A stretch of 64,000 nt of DNA, from NCBI GenBank assembly GCA_963815115.1, contig CAWFFN010000005.1, positions 1,312,001 through 1,376,000 of the forward strand, given 5' to 3'. The notes beneath the pieces were generated by a model. That model searched no databases. It saw only the letters and a program-made list of their open reading frames with translations, and was not told where the DNA came from. This document shows positions 53,120 through 62,858 of this stretch, piece by piece. Every line of letters starts with the position of its first letter. Within the stretch, counting starts at the first letter, position 1. The stretch is from an uncultured delta proteobacterium. GTDB lineage: Bacteria; Desulfobacterota; Binatia; DP-6. The position numbers were made by a program, and so were the translations under genes.

Positions 53120-53985
53120 GCGAGCACCAGTACTACGAGTTCCAAGCGATCGATCGGCCGCTCGACGAGCGCGCGCTGCGCGAGCTTCGTGCATGTTCGA
53201 CGCGAGCGACGATCACGTCGACTCGCTTCGTCAACCACTACGAGTGGGGCGACCTGAAGGGCGACCCGTGGGTCTGGATGGAACGATACTTCGACGCGTT
53301 TCTCTATGTGGCCAGCTGGGGCACGCGCTGGCTCATGCTGCGCTTCTCCCGCCCCGTCCTCGACCTCTTGACTACAAGGAGGTACTGCCGGGGCGAGTCC
53401 GTCCGGGTGAGGGCCAAGGGCGACTTCCTGATCCTGTCGTTCGCCTCCGAGGACGAATCCGGGGACGGCTGGGACGACGACGGCAGCGGCTGGCTCGCCT
53501 CGCTCATCCCGGTGCGCGGCGACATCGCCGCCGGCGACCATCGGGCGCTGTATCTCGCGTGGCTGTTAGCCGTCCAGCATGGGGAGCTGGCCTCACACGC
53601 GACCGAGCCGCCTGTTCCGCCGGGGCTTCGACGGCTCAGCGCTCGGTTGAAAGCGTTCGCGGACTTCCTACGGATCGATGGTGACCTGATGGCTGCGGCC
53701 GCCCAGCGAAACCCGAACCCGAGCGCTGCCGCGCAACGCAACGAGATCGAACGATTCGTGGCCGCGTTGCCGGAGGCCGAGAAGACTGCCTGGCTCGCTC
53801 GGCTCGCGGCCGGTGATGGTTCTGACATGCGCGGCGAACTCCTCCGCCGTTTTAAGAAGGTGCGGCACCCAGCCGAGGTTCGCCCACTGAAGCCGCGAAC
53901 GGTGGCGGACCTGCTTGCCGCCGCCGGGCGCCTCCAGGAGACGCGTCGCTGTGCGGCGAGGGCAAGAACGCCACGTGGGCAGTGA
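53116..53985 (+). CDS. conserved hypothetical protein (MSEYQYYEF-type), probably C-terminally truncated
   Basis: MSEHQYYEFQAIDRPL, YEWGDLKGDP, YFDAFLYVASWG, GDHRALYLAWL; ATGA overlap with the upstream gene. Confidence 0.7.
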   Translation: MSEHQYYEFQAIDRPLDERALRELRACSTRATITSTRFVNHYEWGDLKGDPWVWMERYFDAFLYVASWGTRWLMLRFSRPVLDLLTTRRYCRGESVRVRAKGDFLILSFASEDESGDGWDDDGSGWLASLIPVRGDIAAGDHRALYLAWLLAVQHGELASHATEPPVPPGLRRLSARLKAFADFLRIDGDLMAAAAQRNPNPSAAAQRNEIERFVAALPEAEKTAWLARLAAGDGSDMRGELLRRFKKVRHPAEVRPLKPRTVADLLAAAGRLQETRRCAARARTPRGQ

Positions 53986-54069
53986 AGCCGTCCGGAGTTG
54001 CCGCCGATCACTGCGGGCCATCGACCTCCGTGCCGAGCGAGTTCGGCTGAGCGGTGAAATCGCCGTGCG

Positions 54070-54312
54070 TCAGCGGAGGTACTTCTGCCTCAGCTCGGCG
54101 GCGCGCGTCACGCCCGCATCGGTCAGACAGACCGACTTCGCTCGTCTGCCCTGCGTGAGGAAGCCCTTGGCGTCGAGCGCATCCAGCGTCTCGAAGGGGT
54201 AGCCCTTCCACGCCCGGCGCACCGTGGTGCCCATGCTGTCCTCTCTCCAGGACGTGAGGTCGAGCAGCAGCAGCGTGAGCTCTTCGATGACCCCCGCGTC
54301 GTTCGGATCCAT
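54070..54312 (-). CDS. DUF6429-like small winged-helix protein
   Basis: ELTLLLL.LTSW, RAWKGYPF..LD.L..KG, AKSV.LT..G. Confidence 0.7.
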   Translation of the reverse strand: MDPNDAGVIEELTLLLLDLTSWREDSMGTTVRRAWKGYPFETLDALDAKGFLTQGRRAKSVCLTDAGVTRAAELRQKYLR

Positions 54313-54595
54313 ACGCGCTCCTCGGTGGAATTTCTCACATGTGCCAGCCCTTCTGCCACACTCAGTGTCGGCTCGGAACGCAGACGGCGAGAGGCGGACA
54401 CCCTTGCCTCGTCGCCGCGCTCTCGGTCGAGCGTTCGAGCATGGGAATTCCGGCCGGGCGGAGCTCGACGGACCTCGATGGGGCGACCTCTGCCTCGGCA
54501 GGGTTCTCGCTCCCTCTGATGCGCCGGGCCGCCAGGTCGACACCGTGGTGTCGGGATGGCCGGCTGACGTCGAGCGTGGTACTCACGCCGTGGTC

Positions 54596-54823
54596 ATGGC
54601 GACACGCCGCACAGAACTGGACGCGATGCTTCGGCGGGCGAAGGCCCTCCCGTCGCGTGATCAGCTTGCCCTCGTCGAGGGCCTGCTCACCCCGGCGATG
54701 CAGCTCCGTCTGATCGTCAGGCAAGTCAGGAAGCAGGCGGGTCCCCGTGACGAGCGGCGGATCGACCAGGTCGTCGACCGAGCGGTGCGGAAGGTGCGGG
54801 GTGAACGCGCGGCCCGCCGTTAG
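54596..54823 (+). CDS. putative antitoxin
   Basis: 75 aa, AKALPSRDQLALVE; overlaps the downstream PIN gene. Confidence 0.6.
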   Translation: MATRRTELDAMLRRAKALPSRDQLALVEGLLTPAMQLRLIVRQVRKQAGPRDERRIDQVVDRAVRKVRGERAARR

Positions 54824-55259
54824 GGCGGTCGTTGATTCCAACCTGGTGATTCGCGGTCTCCTCCGGCGCCGGCCGCGCTCGGTCGCCGTTCGCCTGCTCG
54901 ATGCCGCGATCGACGGACGGTTCCAACTCGTGCTCTCACCGTACCTGCTGGCCGAAGTCGAGCAGACGCTGCGCGAACCTGCGGTCCGCGCCCTTCGCAA
55001 GCTGACCGATTCGCAGATCAAGGGCTTCATCGGAGCCTTGGCCGAAGTCGCCCAGGTCGTGGAAGGGGTATACGCCGTCAATCTCGTCGCTCGCGATCCC
55101 GACGACAACCCGGTCGTCGCCTGCGCCTTGGAAGCCGGCGCGAGACACGTCGTGACCGACGACCGGAAGCACCTGCTGCCCATCAAGGCCGTTCGCGTGG
55201 CAGGGTATCGGACTGTCCAGATCGTGAGCCCGATCGAGTTCCTGCGTCACCATCTGTGA
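54801..55259 (+). CDS. PIN-domain toxin
   Basis: RAVVDSNLVI, LLAEVE, RDPDDN.VV.CA, VVTDDRKHLL. Confidence 0.85.
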   Translation: MNARPAVRAVVDSNLVIRGLLRRRPRSVAVRLLDAAIDGRFQLVLSPYLLAEVEQTLREPAVRALRKLTDSQIKGFIGALAEVAQVVEGVYAVNLVARDPDDNPVVACALEAGARHVVTDDRKHLLPIKAVRVAGYRTVQIVSPIEFLRHHL

Positions 55260-55386
55260 AAGCGCCCCTCACTATGATGTCCCTGGGGGACAAGATGGCG
55301 GGAAGGTACGGGAGGCGTCGGCAGCCCAGACATCCCCAACTTCCCGCCGCTCCTACCTTCTTCTCCTTCCTCCTCCCCGCCCGCGC

Positions 55387-55409
55387 GGTTCGATTCCCCC
55401 CGCCTCCAT
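55387..55409 (+). repeat. att core copy 2
   Basis: Identical to 52236-52258. Confidence 0.9.
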
Positions 55410-55530
55410 AATTAAATCAATGGGTTGGGCGTTTCTGGGGACGCGAGAGGGACGCTGTACACGGCAGAGGGGAGCCGGCCTCGCCAGCCCGTTCGCCTAC
55501 GGGGGAGCGGATCTGTGGACCCCGACTGGT

Positions 55531-58500
55531 TCATGCGACCGCCGCAGCGAAGGAGGCGAACAGGTCGCCGGGGAGAGGTTGCTCGAGCCGCCACGTGATG
55601 GCCATCGGGAGCTCTCCCTCGTGGCTGACGTAGTGGGCAGGTCCGAGGAACCAGAACGCGCGATCATCCGTCCGCAGCCGGGCGAACAGCATGATCGACG
55701 TTCCGCGGTCGCGATGCTGCCGATAGCGAAGACCGGTCTCGCTGTCGGCCCGCGTCGTCGATTGGCTCTCCCAGTGGACGAGGTCGCGATTGATGGCGTA
55801 GTCGCGGTAGCGCGTCGTCGGCGAGAATTGCCCGGAGGTCTTGTCGAGCGTGAACGCGAGGAGGTCGACGCGCCGCTCCTTCGCCCAGTAGACGCCCGTT
55901 TGCCAGGGAGGAACCCTCGCACCCGCCCCGCGGCCGAAGGCGGCGAGGATCTCGAGACGGGAATAGCGCGCGTGAATCTGTAGCGGTACGTCCGAGGGGT
56001 CAACGAGCGGCGTGTGCAGGTGGTCGACCCGGCCGGCGAGGGCATCGAGCAGCTCGAGGATCTCGACGCGAATCTGCGGATGTGCCCAGAGCACCGCGCA
56101 GGCATCGGCGATCGATGCCGACTTGTCGACGACCTGGCCCGCGACTGACGCGACGAGCATTCGGAGCAGTCGTTGCTCGCGCGCCGTCAGGGCGGCGAGA
56201 TCGGGAGCCGCTTCCGTATCGATGATCCGGCGGTATGTGTCGAGGCGCTCGGCATCGTCGACGTGGAGCAGGCGGCCGCACGCGCGGCGCAGGGCAGCCT
56301 CGTGTCGCCCGGACGCCTGGGTCGACACCCCGGCTGCCTCGAGGAGGTCCGACCAGCTCCTGTTGCCCGCGTAGACGTCCTCGAGCTCCACGCCCGCCTC
56401 GCTCAGGAACTCGGTCAGGCGCACCTGGCGACCGCCGCTCGCCATGGCCCGCAGCTCCTCCACCTTCCCCGTCCATCGTGACGGGACGGCGTTCTGAATG
56501 CCGGAGAGCACGATGTCGGCGGCGACCGGATCGAGCTCCATGTGGCACCCTGCGGGGAGGAAGGGGAAGCCGCCGGCGATCTGCTGGATCAGCTGACTGC
56601 GGCTGCCGCCGAGCAGAGCCCGGAAGCGCCGGTCGAAGCGGAACTCGCTGCGGTGGCGCCCGACGAAGTCGAGCACCGTGCAGCCGACCTTGCCGCGACT
56701 CACGCGCAAGCCACGGCCGAGCTGCTGCAGGAAGAGGACGGGGCTGTCGGTTGGGCGCAGCAGGAGCAGCGTGTCGACGGTGGGCAGATCGACCCCTTCG
56801 TTGAAGAGATCAACGGAGAAGACGACGTTGACCCGACCCTCGGTGAGCCGGCGCAGCGCCTCGCGCCGTTCGTCCGGCGGGCTGTCGCCCCACACGGCCG
56901 CGGCGGCGATCCCGGCGTCGCCGAAGGCGCGCGCCATGAAACGGGCGTGGTCCACGCTGACGCAGAAACCGAGCGCCCGCATGCGATGGGGGTCGTCGAC
57001 GTGATCAATCACCTGGGCGATGACACGACGTGCCCAGACGTCGTTGCCGGTGAGGAGCCGGGATAGCCCCTCGACGTCGTAGCCGCGCCCCCGCCGCCAG
57101 GGGACGTCGCGCAGGTCGAGGCCGTCGTGCACCCCATAGTAGGAGAAGGGGCAGAGCCGGTGCTGGTCGATCGCGTCCCAGAGCCGCAGCTCGGCCGCGA
57201 TCCGGTCGTCGAACCAGTGCAGCAGGGGGAACCCGTCGCTGCGCTCCGGCGTGCCGGTGAGCCCCAGCAGCTCGAGCGGACGGACGTGCTCGAGCACGGC
57301 GCGATACGTGTCGGCCGCGGCGTGGTGGAACTCGTCGACGATCACCACGTCGAAGTGCGTCGGGTCGAGGTGGCGCAAGCCGGTCGACGACAGACTCTGG
57401 ATGGACGCGAAGACGTGCTCGAAGCGACTCGGTCTCTCGCCGCCCACCCACAGCTCGCCGAAGGTCGCGTCGCGCAGGGCATGCTGGAACGTCGCCCGAC
57501 TCTGCTGGAGGATCTCGGCACGATGCGCCACGAAGAGTAGCCGCGCACGGGGCAGCTCGTCGCGGAGCCGCTGGTAGTCGATCGCCGCCATCACGGTCTT
57601 CCCGGTTCCGGTGGCCGACACGAGCAGGTTGCGGTGGTGGCCCAGGCGGCGGGAGACGGCAATCTCCTCCAGGAGACGCTCCTGGAAGGGATCGGGGCGT
57701 AGCTCGGTGGGGGGCAGGGCGATCGCCTTCGCCCGGTCGGGTGGTGCAGCGCGGCGGGCGAACTCGTCGGGGTCGTACGGGACGAAGTCACCGCCGTTCC
57801 AGTACGACTCGAAGACGGCGACCATCTTGGTGACGACTTCCGGGTTGCGCGCCTCCGAGACCCGGACGTTCCATTCGAGGCCGGTCGCGTGCGCCGCGTG
57901 TGTCCAGTTGGACGAGCCGATGTAGGCGGTGGAGAAGCCCGAGGCTCGGTGAAAGAGCCACGCCTTGGCGTGGAGGCGGGTGGCCGTCGTGTCATACGAG
58001 ACCCGCACCTCCGCCCCGAGGGCGCGCAGCGCATCGAGCGCCGCCCCCTCGGTGGAGCCGGTGTAGCTCGTCGTGAGGATGCGGAGGCCCCGAGCGGCAG
58101 CAGCGTGTCGCCGCAGCGCCTCGAGGAACGGGCGCATCCCCGAGCGACGAATGAACGCCATCACCACGTCGAGACGGTCCGCGGATGCGATCTCGGCGAC
58201 GAGCTGGCTTCCGACGCGCGGCTCACCCGGAGCATTCGTGAGGACGGTTGTGTCCAGCAGCGGGATGAGCGGTTCGGGGATCGTCTCGCTGCGGCCGTCG
58301 GGGAGCCGTGCGAGGATGGCATGCAAGACCGTTGCCGGCGCCACGGGAGCATCCTGTTCCGACGTGGCGCCACGAACGGTGCCGCCGATCTCCTCGGCGA
58401 GCCGGCGAGCGAGTGTCGTCGCCACGGCGACCCGTTCCTCCTCGGTCACCGCGGCCAGGGCGCGCTGGATCAGACGACCGAGGTGCAGTGCGATCCGGTC

Positions 58501-58623
58501 CGGTGCGTCCGCAGCGCGAAGCGGTTCTCTCGCGGCCGCCCAGCGATCGCCGAGAGCGTCCAGGCGCGCGTGGAGCGCTTCGGTGATCAGCTGCTCGTAG
58601 AGTCCGCGGGGCTGCTCTGGCAT
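55531..58623 (-). CDS. PLD nuclease - SF2 helicase - DUF3427 protein
   Basis: RLHAKAW..YIGSSN (PLD HxK), ATGTGKT, DEFHH, GLTGTPERSDG, VDLFNEGVD, QQLGRGLR, YRDYAIN..HWESQS. Confidence 0.9.
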   Translation of the reverse strand: MPEQPRGLYEQLITEALHARLDALGDRWAAAREPLRAADAPDRIALHLGRLIQRALAAVTEEERVAVATTLARRLAEEIGGTVRGATSEQDAPVAPATVLHAILARLPDGRSETIPEPLIPLLDTTVLTNAPGEPRVGSQLVAEIASADRLDVVMAFIRRSGMRPFLEALRRHAAAARGLRILTTSYTGSTEGAALDALRALGAEVRVSYDTTATRLHAKAWLFHRASGFSTAYIGSSNWTHAAHATGLEWNVRVSEARNPEVVTKMVAVFESYWNGGDFVPYDPDEFARRAAPPDRAKAIALPPTELRPDPFQERLLEEIAVSRRLGHHRNLLVSATGTGKTVMAAIDYQRLRDELPRARLLFVAHRAEILQQSRATFQHALRDATFGELWVGGERPSRFEHVFASIQSLSSTGLRHLDPTHFDVVIVDEFHHAAADTYRAVLEHVRPLELLGLTGTPERSDGFPLLHWFDDRIAAELRLWDAIDQHRLCPFSYYGVHDGLDLRDVPWRRGRGYDVEGLSRLLTGNDVWARRVIAQVIDHVDDPHRMRALGFCVSVDHARFMARAFGDAGIAAAAVWGDSPPDERREALRRLTEGRVNVVFSVDLFNEGVDLPTVDTLLLLRPTDSPVLFLQQLGRGLRVSRGKVGCTVLDFVGRHRSEFRFDRRFRALLGGSRSQLIQQIAGGFPFLPAGCHMELDPVAADIVLSGIQNAVPSRWTGKVEELRAMASGGRQVRLTEFLSEAGVELEDVYAGNRSWSDLLEAAGVSTQASGRHEAALRRACGRLLHVDDAERLDTYRRIIDTEAAPDLAALTAREQRLLRMLVASVAGQVVDKSASIADACAVLWAHPQIRVEILELLDALAGRVDHLHTPLVDPSDVPLQIHARYSRLEILAAFGRGAGARVPPWQTGVYWAKERRVDLLAFTLDKTSGQFSPTTRYRDYAINRDLVHWESQSTTRADSETGLRYRQHRDRGTSIMLFARLRTDDRAFWFLGPAHYVSHEGELPMAITWRLEQPLPGDLFASFAAAVA

Positions 58624-58851
58624 GGAACGCACCGCGCCGTGAGTCTCGAGGACCTTCTCTGCACCCAGCGAGCATTGCAGCGACGGCAGCGATGACGACG
58701 GCAACCGTGGACCACGTGGACGCCACCAGCTCCCGCGCCGGGCCGGATTCGATCGCTCGTCGCGCCCTTCGCATCGGGAGACCACCCGCGTGGATCGTCG
58801 AATAGCCACGCGGTCTTGGCTGCCTGCGGTCCCGCCGATGCCATCAGACAA

Positions 58852-59160
58852 TCAAAGCCTGGGCTTGCCGCCTCGAGCGGCGTGCCAGACAGCGAGGACT
58901 GATACGCGGCGGGCGTCCTCGGCCGTCGCGTAGTACACGTGGTAGCGGGTCCTGGGCAGCAGGAGGCGCCGGAGATCAGGCCGTGGCCCGAGTCGATACG
59001 CTGCTCCTGCCAACGGTGCCGATCCCAGCCGTGTCAATACGGCCGCGAACTCCTCGACGAAGAGGTCCGGTGAGCTCGGGCGGTTTGCCTGCCACCATGC
59101 TGCGATCGTTTCGACCTGAGCGACCGCCTGCGGCGCGACGATCACCCGGAAACGCTGCAT
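58852..59160 (-). CDS. RelE/ParE family toxin
   Basis: F.VIVAPQA..Q....WW, RRLLLPRTRYHVYY, VLAVWHAAR. Confidence 0.8.
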   Translation of the reverse strand: MQRFRVIVAPQAVAQVETIAAWWQANRPSSPDLFVEEFAAVLTRLGSAPLAGAAYRLGPRPDLRRLLLPRTRYHVYYATAEDARRVSVLAVWHAARGGKPRL

Positions 59161-59396
59161 CAGCGATGCTGGCGCCGCAACGCCTCGATGAGATCCTCCG
59201 CCGCGACACCCTCTCCCCGCTCGATCTCTTCCTGCGCCACCGCCAGGGCCGCGTGCAGCCGCGCGCGCTCGTCGTCGTCGAGGTCGTCGCCTGGGTCGAC
59301 GACGATGAGGTCGACCTCGCTCCCCTCGGGCAGGTTCAACGGCTCATCGATGACGACCTTGCCGGCCCGCACGCGCCCCTTCAAGGTGAGCACCAT
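59160..59396 (-). CDS. putative antitoxin of the RelE/ParE toxin
   Basis: LKGRVRAGKVV..EPL.LPEGSEV, acidic linker, EEIERGEGV; TGATG overlap with the toxin. Confidence 0.7.
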   Translation of the reverse strand: MVLTLKGRVRAGKVVIDEPLNLPEGSEVDLIVVDPGDDLDDDERARLHAALAVAQEEIERGEGVAAEDLIEALRRQHR

Positions 59397-59701
59397 GTGA
59401 CCGCGTACGTACCATCGACCTTGACCGTGTGCCACCGCGACGGGTCCCCTCCCCTCGGGGGGGCAGCGGGCCGCGGTGGTCGTCCCAGGCCCTCGAGTTA
59501 CCCTTCGGGCGGATCGTCCCCGAGGGACATGATGACGGGAAATGACGGGAGACGTCGGTAGGCTCGGGGGGCATCGGAGGATAGTCCCAACCAGACGTAG
59601 CCGCCGCGATACGGCCCGGGCTGCGGCGGCGGGACGGCCCAGGTGCGGCCGGCGCCGTGATCGGTTTGCCGACTGTTACGTAACTGGTTACAGTCGCAGC
59701 G

Positions 59702-59986
59702 ATGGCGATCCGGGGGTTCCGGCACGCCGGACTCGCCCGGTTCTTTGCCACGGGATCGAAGGCGGGCATCCGCCCGGAGCACGCCGCGCGGCTGCGCCGA
59801 CTGCTTGCGGTCCTCGACGCGGCGAGCGGGCCGCAGGATGTCGCCCTCCCAGGGCTGAGCCTGCATCAGCTCAAAGGCGCGGCCGCGGGCCGCTGGGCCG
59901 TCACGGTCAGCGGCAACTGGCGCGTGACCTTCGCCGTCACGGCCGAAAAGGAGATCACCGATGTCGACTACGAAGACTACCATTGA
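59702..59986 (+). CDS. higB: HigB-like toxin
   Basis: I.GFRHAGL.RFF..G...[28 protein letters not shown]. Confidence 0.9.
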   Translation: MAIRGFRHAGLARFFATGSKAGIRPEHAARLRRLLAVLDAASGPQDVALPGLSLHQLKGAAAGRWAVTVSGNWRVTFAVTAEKEITDVDYEDYH

Positions 59987-59999
59987 GCGGGTGGGCTCG

Positions 60000-60284
60000 A
60001 TGCACCACCCGCCGCACCCGGGCGAGGTCCTGGCCGAGGAGTGCCTGAAGCCGCTCGGGCTGAGCGTCACGGCGGCGGCGCGCGCGCTCGGCGTGAGCCG
60101 CAAGACCTTCTCGCTCATCCTGAACGGTCACGCGGGAATCACGGCGCCGATGGCGCTGCGGCTCGCGAAGGCGTTTGGCGCGACGCCGGAGTTCTGGCTC
60201 CGGCTCCAGATGCAGCGGGACCTCTGGGACGCCCGCCGGACGCGGACCGCCGGCGTCAAGCGGCTCGTGCGAGACGTCGCCTGA
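60000..60284 (+). CDS. higA: HigA family antitoxin
   Basis: [38 protein letters not shown]. Confidence 0.92.
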   Translation: MHHPPHPGEVLAEECLKPLGLSVTAAARALGVSRKTFSLILNGHAGITAPMALRLAKAFGATPEFWLRLQMQRDLWDARRTRTAGVKRLVRDVA

Positions 60285-60306
60285 CGCGGAGCTCCTCACT
60301 GACCAC

Positions 60307-60540
60307 ATGACCTCGCTACTGTAAGCGCTCTTGTCGGGTTCGTCGGCGTGCTGGTCGGCGGGTGGTTGACCGGGTACCACCAGCGCCAGCAGCGCCGGCA
60401 GGCGGCGATCCGGGAGCAACTCGAGCGGTTCTACTCACCGATGGTTGCGCTACGCGCGCGCATTCGGGCGAAGGGCGAGACGCGAGCCAAGGTCCACACC
60501 GCTGCCGAGCAACTCTGGTGCGAACAGGTCGAGCGCGACT
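60307..60540 (+). pseudogene. remnant of a single-TM hypothetical protein
   Basis: DLATVSALVGFVGVLVGGWL...REQLERFYSPM; start out of frame and C-terminus degenerate. Confidence 0.35.
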
Positions 60541-60628
60541 GGACTTGCCCCCGACCGGCGAACAGCTCAGATGTGGGCGTGAGCCCACGAGGAGGGTGTT
60601 CGGATGCGGAAGCGCGGAGCGGCTTAAC

Positions 60629-60919
60629 TCAGGTGTTCGCCCGGACGGGGGCAAGACCACGGTGCGCATCGCCATCGGCGTGGGCGGGCGCGCCGAACTG
60701 GACCTTGAAGGCGACGTCTTCGCGAAGATCGCGATTCGTGTCGAAGCGAAAGGCGTAGAAGCCCTCGTCACGAAAAGTGTCCGGCGCGCCGACGCCGGCG
60801 TTCGGGTTCACGGTCAGGGCCATACCGTTGTGCCGGGGCGGCCCCCGAAGGAGATAGAAGTCGCAGACGTTGATGCGGGGGTCTCCTTTGGCGGTAGGCG
60901 TATCGAAATGATGCGACAT
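60629..60919 (-). pseudogene. truncated DUF4331-family gene
   Basis: MSHHFDTP...DPRINVCDFY, MALTVNP, YAFRFD; only about 96 aa. Confidence 0.65.
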
Positions 60920-61005
60920 GACCCCTCTTTATGATTTGGTTCAAGCGGGATCGAAGACGGTCAGAGGCCGTTGTCCTCGGTGAAGCGGCCGCTTCATTGC
61001 ATCGG

Positions 61006-61395
61006 CTACGCCGCTTTGCCTTGCCCCGCGTCCGACGACACCAGCAACCCGCCAAGCACGATCGCCACGAGGAAGAGCGCGGGCACGTCCCCGAGCAGGT
61101 GCCCGTGATGCGCGGCCGGCATCGACTGCACCGCCATGATGCCGCCGTGCACGACGCTCGACCACACAGTGAACCAGATCAAGCTGCGATGGGCTTGTGG
61201 ATCTCTCGACGCGATGAGCAGGAAGACGCCGAGCGTCGCGTAGACTCCGACGATCATCATGAAGTACTGCGAGTCGTGGGGGGCGCCCGCGTGCCACGCC
61301 CAGCCGGACGGCCACACGATCGCCAGCGGGTAGACGAGGAGGAAGACGGCGCCGAAGAGGGCCAGGGCGATTTGCAGCAGTCGTTGAGAAGACAT
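61006..61395 (-). CDS. small membrane protein (DUF6632-like)
   Basis: WPSGWAW, MIVGVYATLGVFL, SLIWFTVWSSVVHGGIMAVQ, HLLGDVPAL. Confidence 0.75.
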   Translation of the reverse strand: MSSQRLLQIALALFGAVFLLVYPLAIVWPSGWAWHAGAPHDSQYFMMIVGVYATLGVFLLIASRDPQAHRSLIWFTVWSSVVHGGIMAVQSMPAAHHGHLLGDVPALFLVAIVLGGLLVSSDAGQGKAA

Positions 61396-61397
61396 CG

Positions 61398-61577
61398 TCA
61401 GGATTCCCTCCCTTCGTGATGGCTCACGAAACCCATGACCGTCTGGACGCGGAGGTCGGCGCCCTCCCAGACCTGGTCGTTGGGAATGACGCGGTAGATA
61501 TCATGCCGCTCCAAGGAAGCCGCAAAGCCCGAGTTGTCAATACACACCGCGAACCGCGTTCGAGAGCCCTTCCGCAT
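61398..61577 (-). pseudogene. fragment of a small conserved hypothetical gene
   Basis: MRKGSRTRFAVCIDNSGFAASLERHDIYRVIP; C-terminus appears replaced. Confidence 0.4.
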
Positions 61578-61680
61578 GGTGACTAGTTGCCCGGCCGGTT
61601 CTGCACGCCAGCAGCTGCCCGCTCTGCGCCTCCTTGGCGGTGATCAGGTTCGGTTGGCACGGAGTTTCGAGCCGGGTCCT

Positions 61681-61815
61681 TCAGGGGGACAGCAGGTTGC
61701 CCGCCTCGTCGTAGTCGAGGATCACGCCCGGCTTGTCCTCGTCACTCTCGGCCACCACGCCTTCGCGAAGCGTGACCGTCAGCGTGTCCGTCTCGCCGTC
61801 GTATTCGACCTTCAT
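61681..61815 (-). pseudogene. truncated DUF2283 protein
   Basis: MKVEYDGETDTLTVTL...ESDEDKPGVILDYDEAGNLLS then early stop; GGAG RBS. Confidence 0.7.
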
Positions 61816-62077
61816 GTGACTCTCCAGTCCTCAATAAGCCCGCTCGCCCGATACTCGTGACCGAGGGAGTCGTACCGCGGAGCAGTTGCGCCGGGAGTGG
61901 TGCGGCGTCGGCCGTCTTGAGCAGCTCGGCGGTCGTCGTCCCATCGAGATACTCCTCGCCACAGTTGTCGCAGACGCCCGCGGGCACCCCCCGGACAACG
62001 ACGATGGCTCCGCCGCGCTCTAGCGTCACGCTCGCCTTCCCGGGTTGGATCTCGCCCTGTCGGCAGATGACACACAT
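61742..62077 (-). pseudogene. YgiT/MqsA-type zinc-finger antitoxin, degenerate 3' end
   Basis: MCVICRQG....G...VTLER...VVVRGVPAGVCDNCGEEY; the frame runs on into unrelated sequence; no cognate toxin upstream. Confidence 0.65.
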
Positions 62078-62185
62078 GATGGATTCTTCCTCCTCGTGAA
62101 CCCGTCTCCCCAGCCCGCCGTCACGGCCGGCGAGGGCTCCCCGACGACCGTGGCGGTCCGAACAGTGCCCTGCTACCGTATGCCC

Positions 62186-62404
62186 ATGCGGCTTGCCAGT
62201 GCCCGGGTGGTCCGGGGTTCGATCGTCACACGCGCGAGGTTCCCCGACGGGACACGCCTGACGCTCGTTCCTCACGACGACGGACCACCGGTCGGCCTCG
62301 ACCCCGACGAGGAAGCCGGCGTGCTCAAGGGGATATCCGAGATTGCGTCGGGCCGAGGCATCCCGGCGCGCACCGTTCGTCGGAAGCTTCGCCGGCACCC
62401 CTGA
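62186..62404 (+). CDS. putative antitoxin
   Basis: ARVVRGSIV...FPDGTRL...LDPDEE....GISEIASGRGI; similar to 59160-59396. Confidence 0.6.
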   Translation: MRLASARVVRGSIVTRARFPDGTRLTLVPHDDGPPVGLDPDEEAGVLKGISEIASGRGIPARTVRRKLRRHP

Positions 62405-62428
62405 CCGCCGTAGGGGGAGACTCAGGCG

Positions 62429-62740
62429 GTGCCTCCCTACGCCGTCACCGTTGCGCCGATTGCCAATGCATAGATCGAAGCCGCGCTGCTGTGGTGGAGT
62501 CGCAACCGACCAGCGTCCCGAGGCTTGCTTGCGAACGAAGTTGATCGTGCCCTGGCGCTGATCGAGCACGTACCCCAGGCGGGGCGCCGCACGACGAGTA
62601 CGCTCTTCCGTGACGTCCGCCGCCTGCTCCTCCGGCGGAGCGGCTATCACCTTTACTACCAGGTCCTCGAGGCGCAGCACGCCGTCCACGTCGTGTACTT
62701 CCGTCACGCTCGCCGACGATCGATCACCAAACCGAGATGA
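62429..62740 (+). pseudogene. RelE/ParE toxin with premature stop
   Basis: YAVTVAPIANA*IEAALLWWSRNRP...RRLLLRRSGYHLYY; TAG at 62471-62473. Confidence 0.75.
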
Positions 62741-62858
62741 GCCCTGTGGGCAGCGCGTCGCAAACATGAACTGTCCGCTCAGCATCGGATTACCGACTGA
62801 TTCAGCGGTAGCGCCGCGGGAGGAGCCGATAGGAAGCCGATAGGCGTAGCAATGCAGA

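Noticed and set aside
58852-62800. Integron cassette array
   Set aside because: Small genes lie in mixed orientations; no repeated attC-like sites or IntI were recognised
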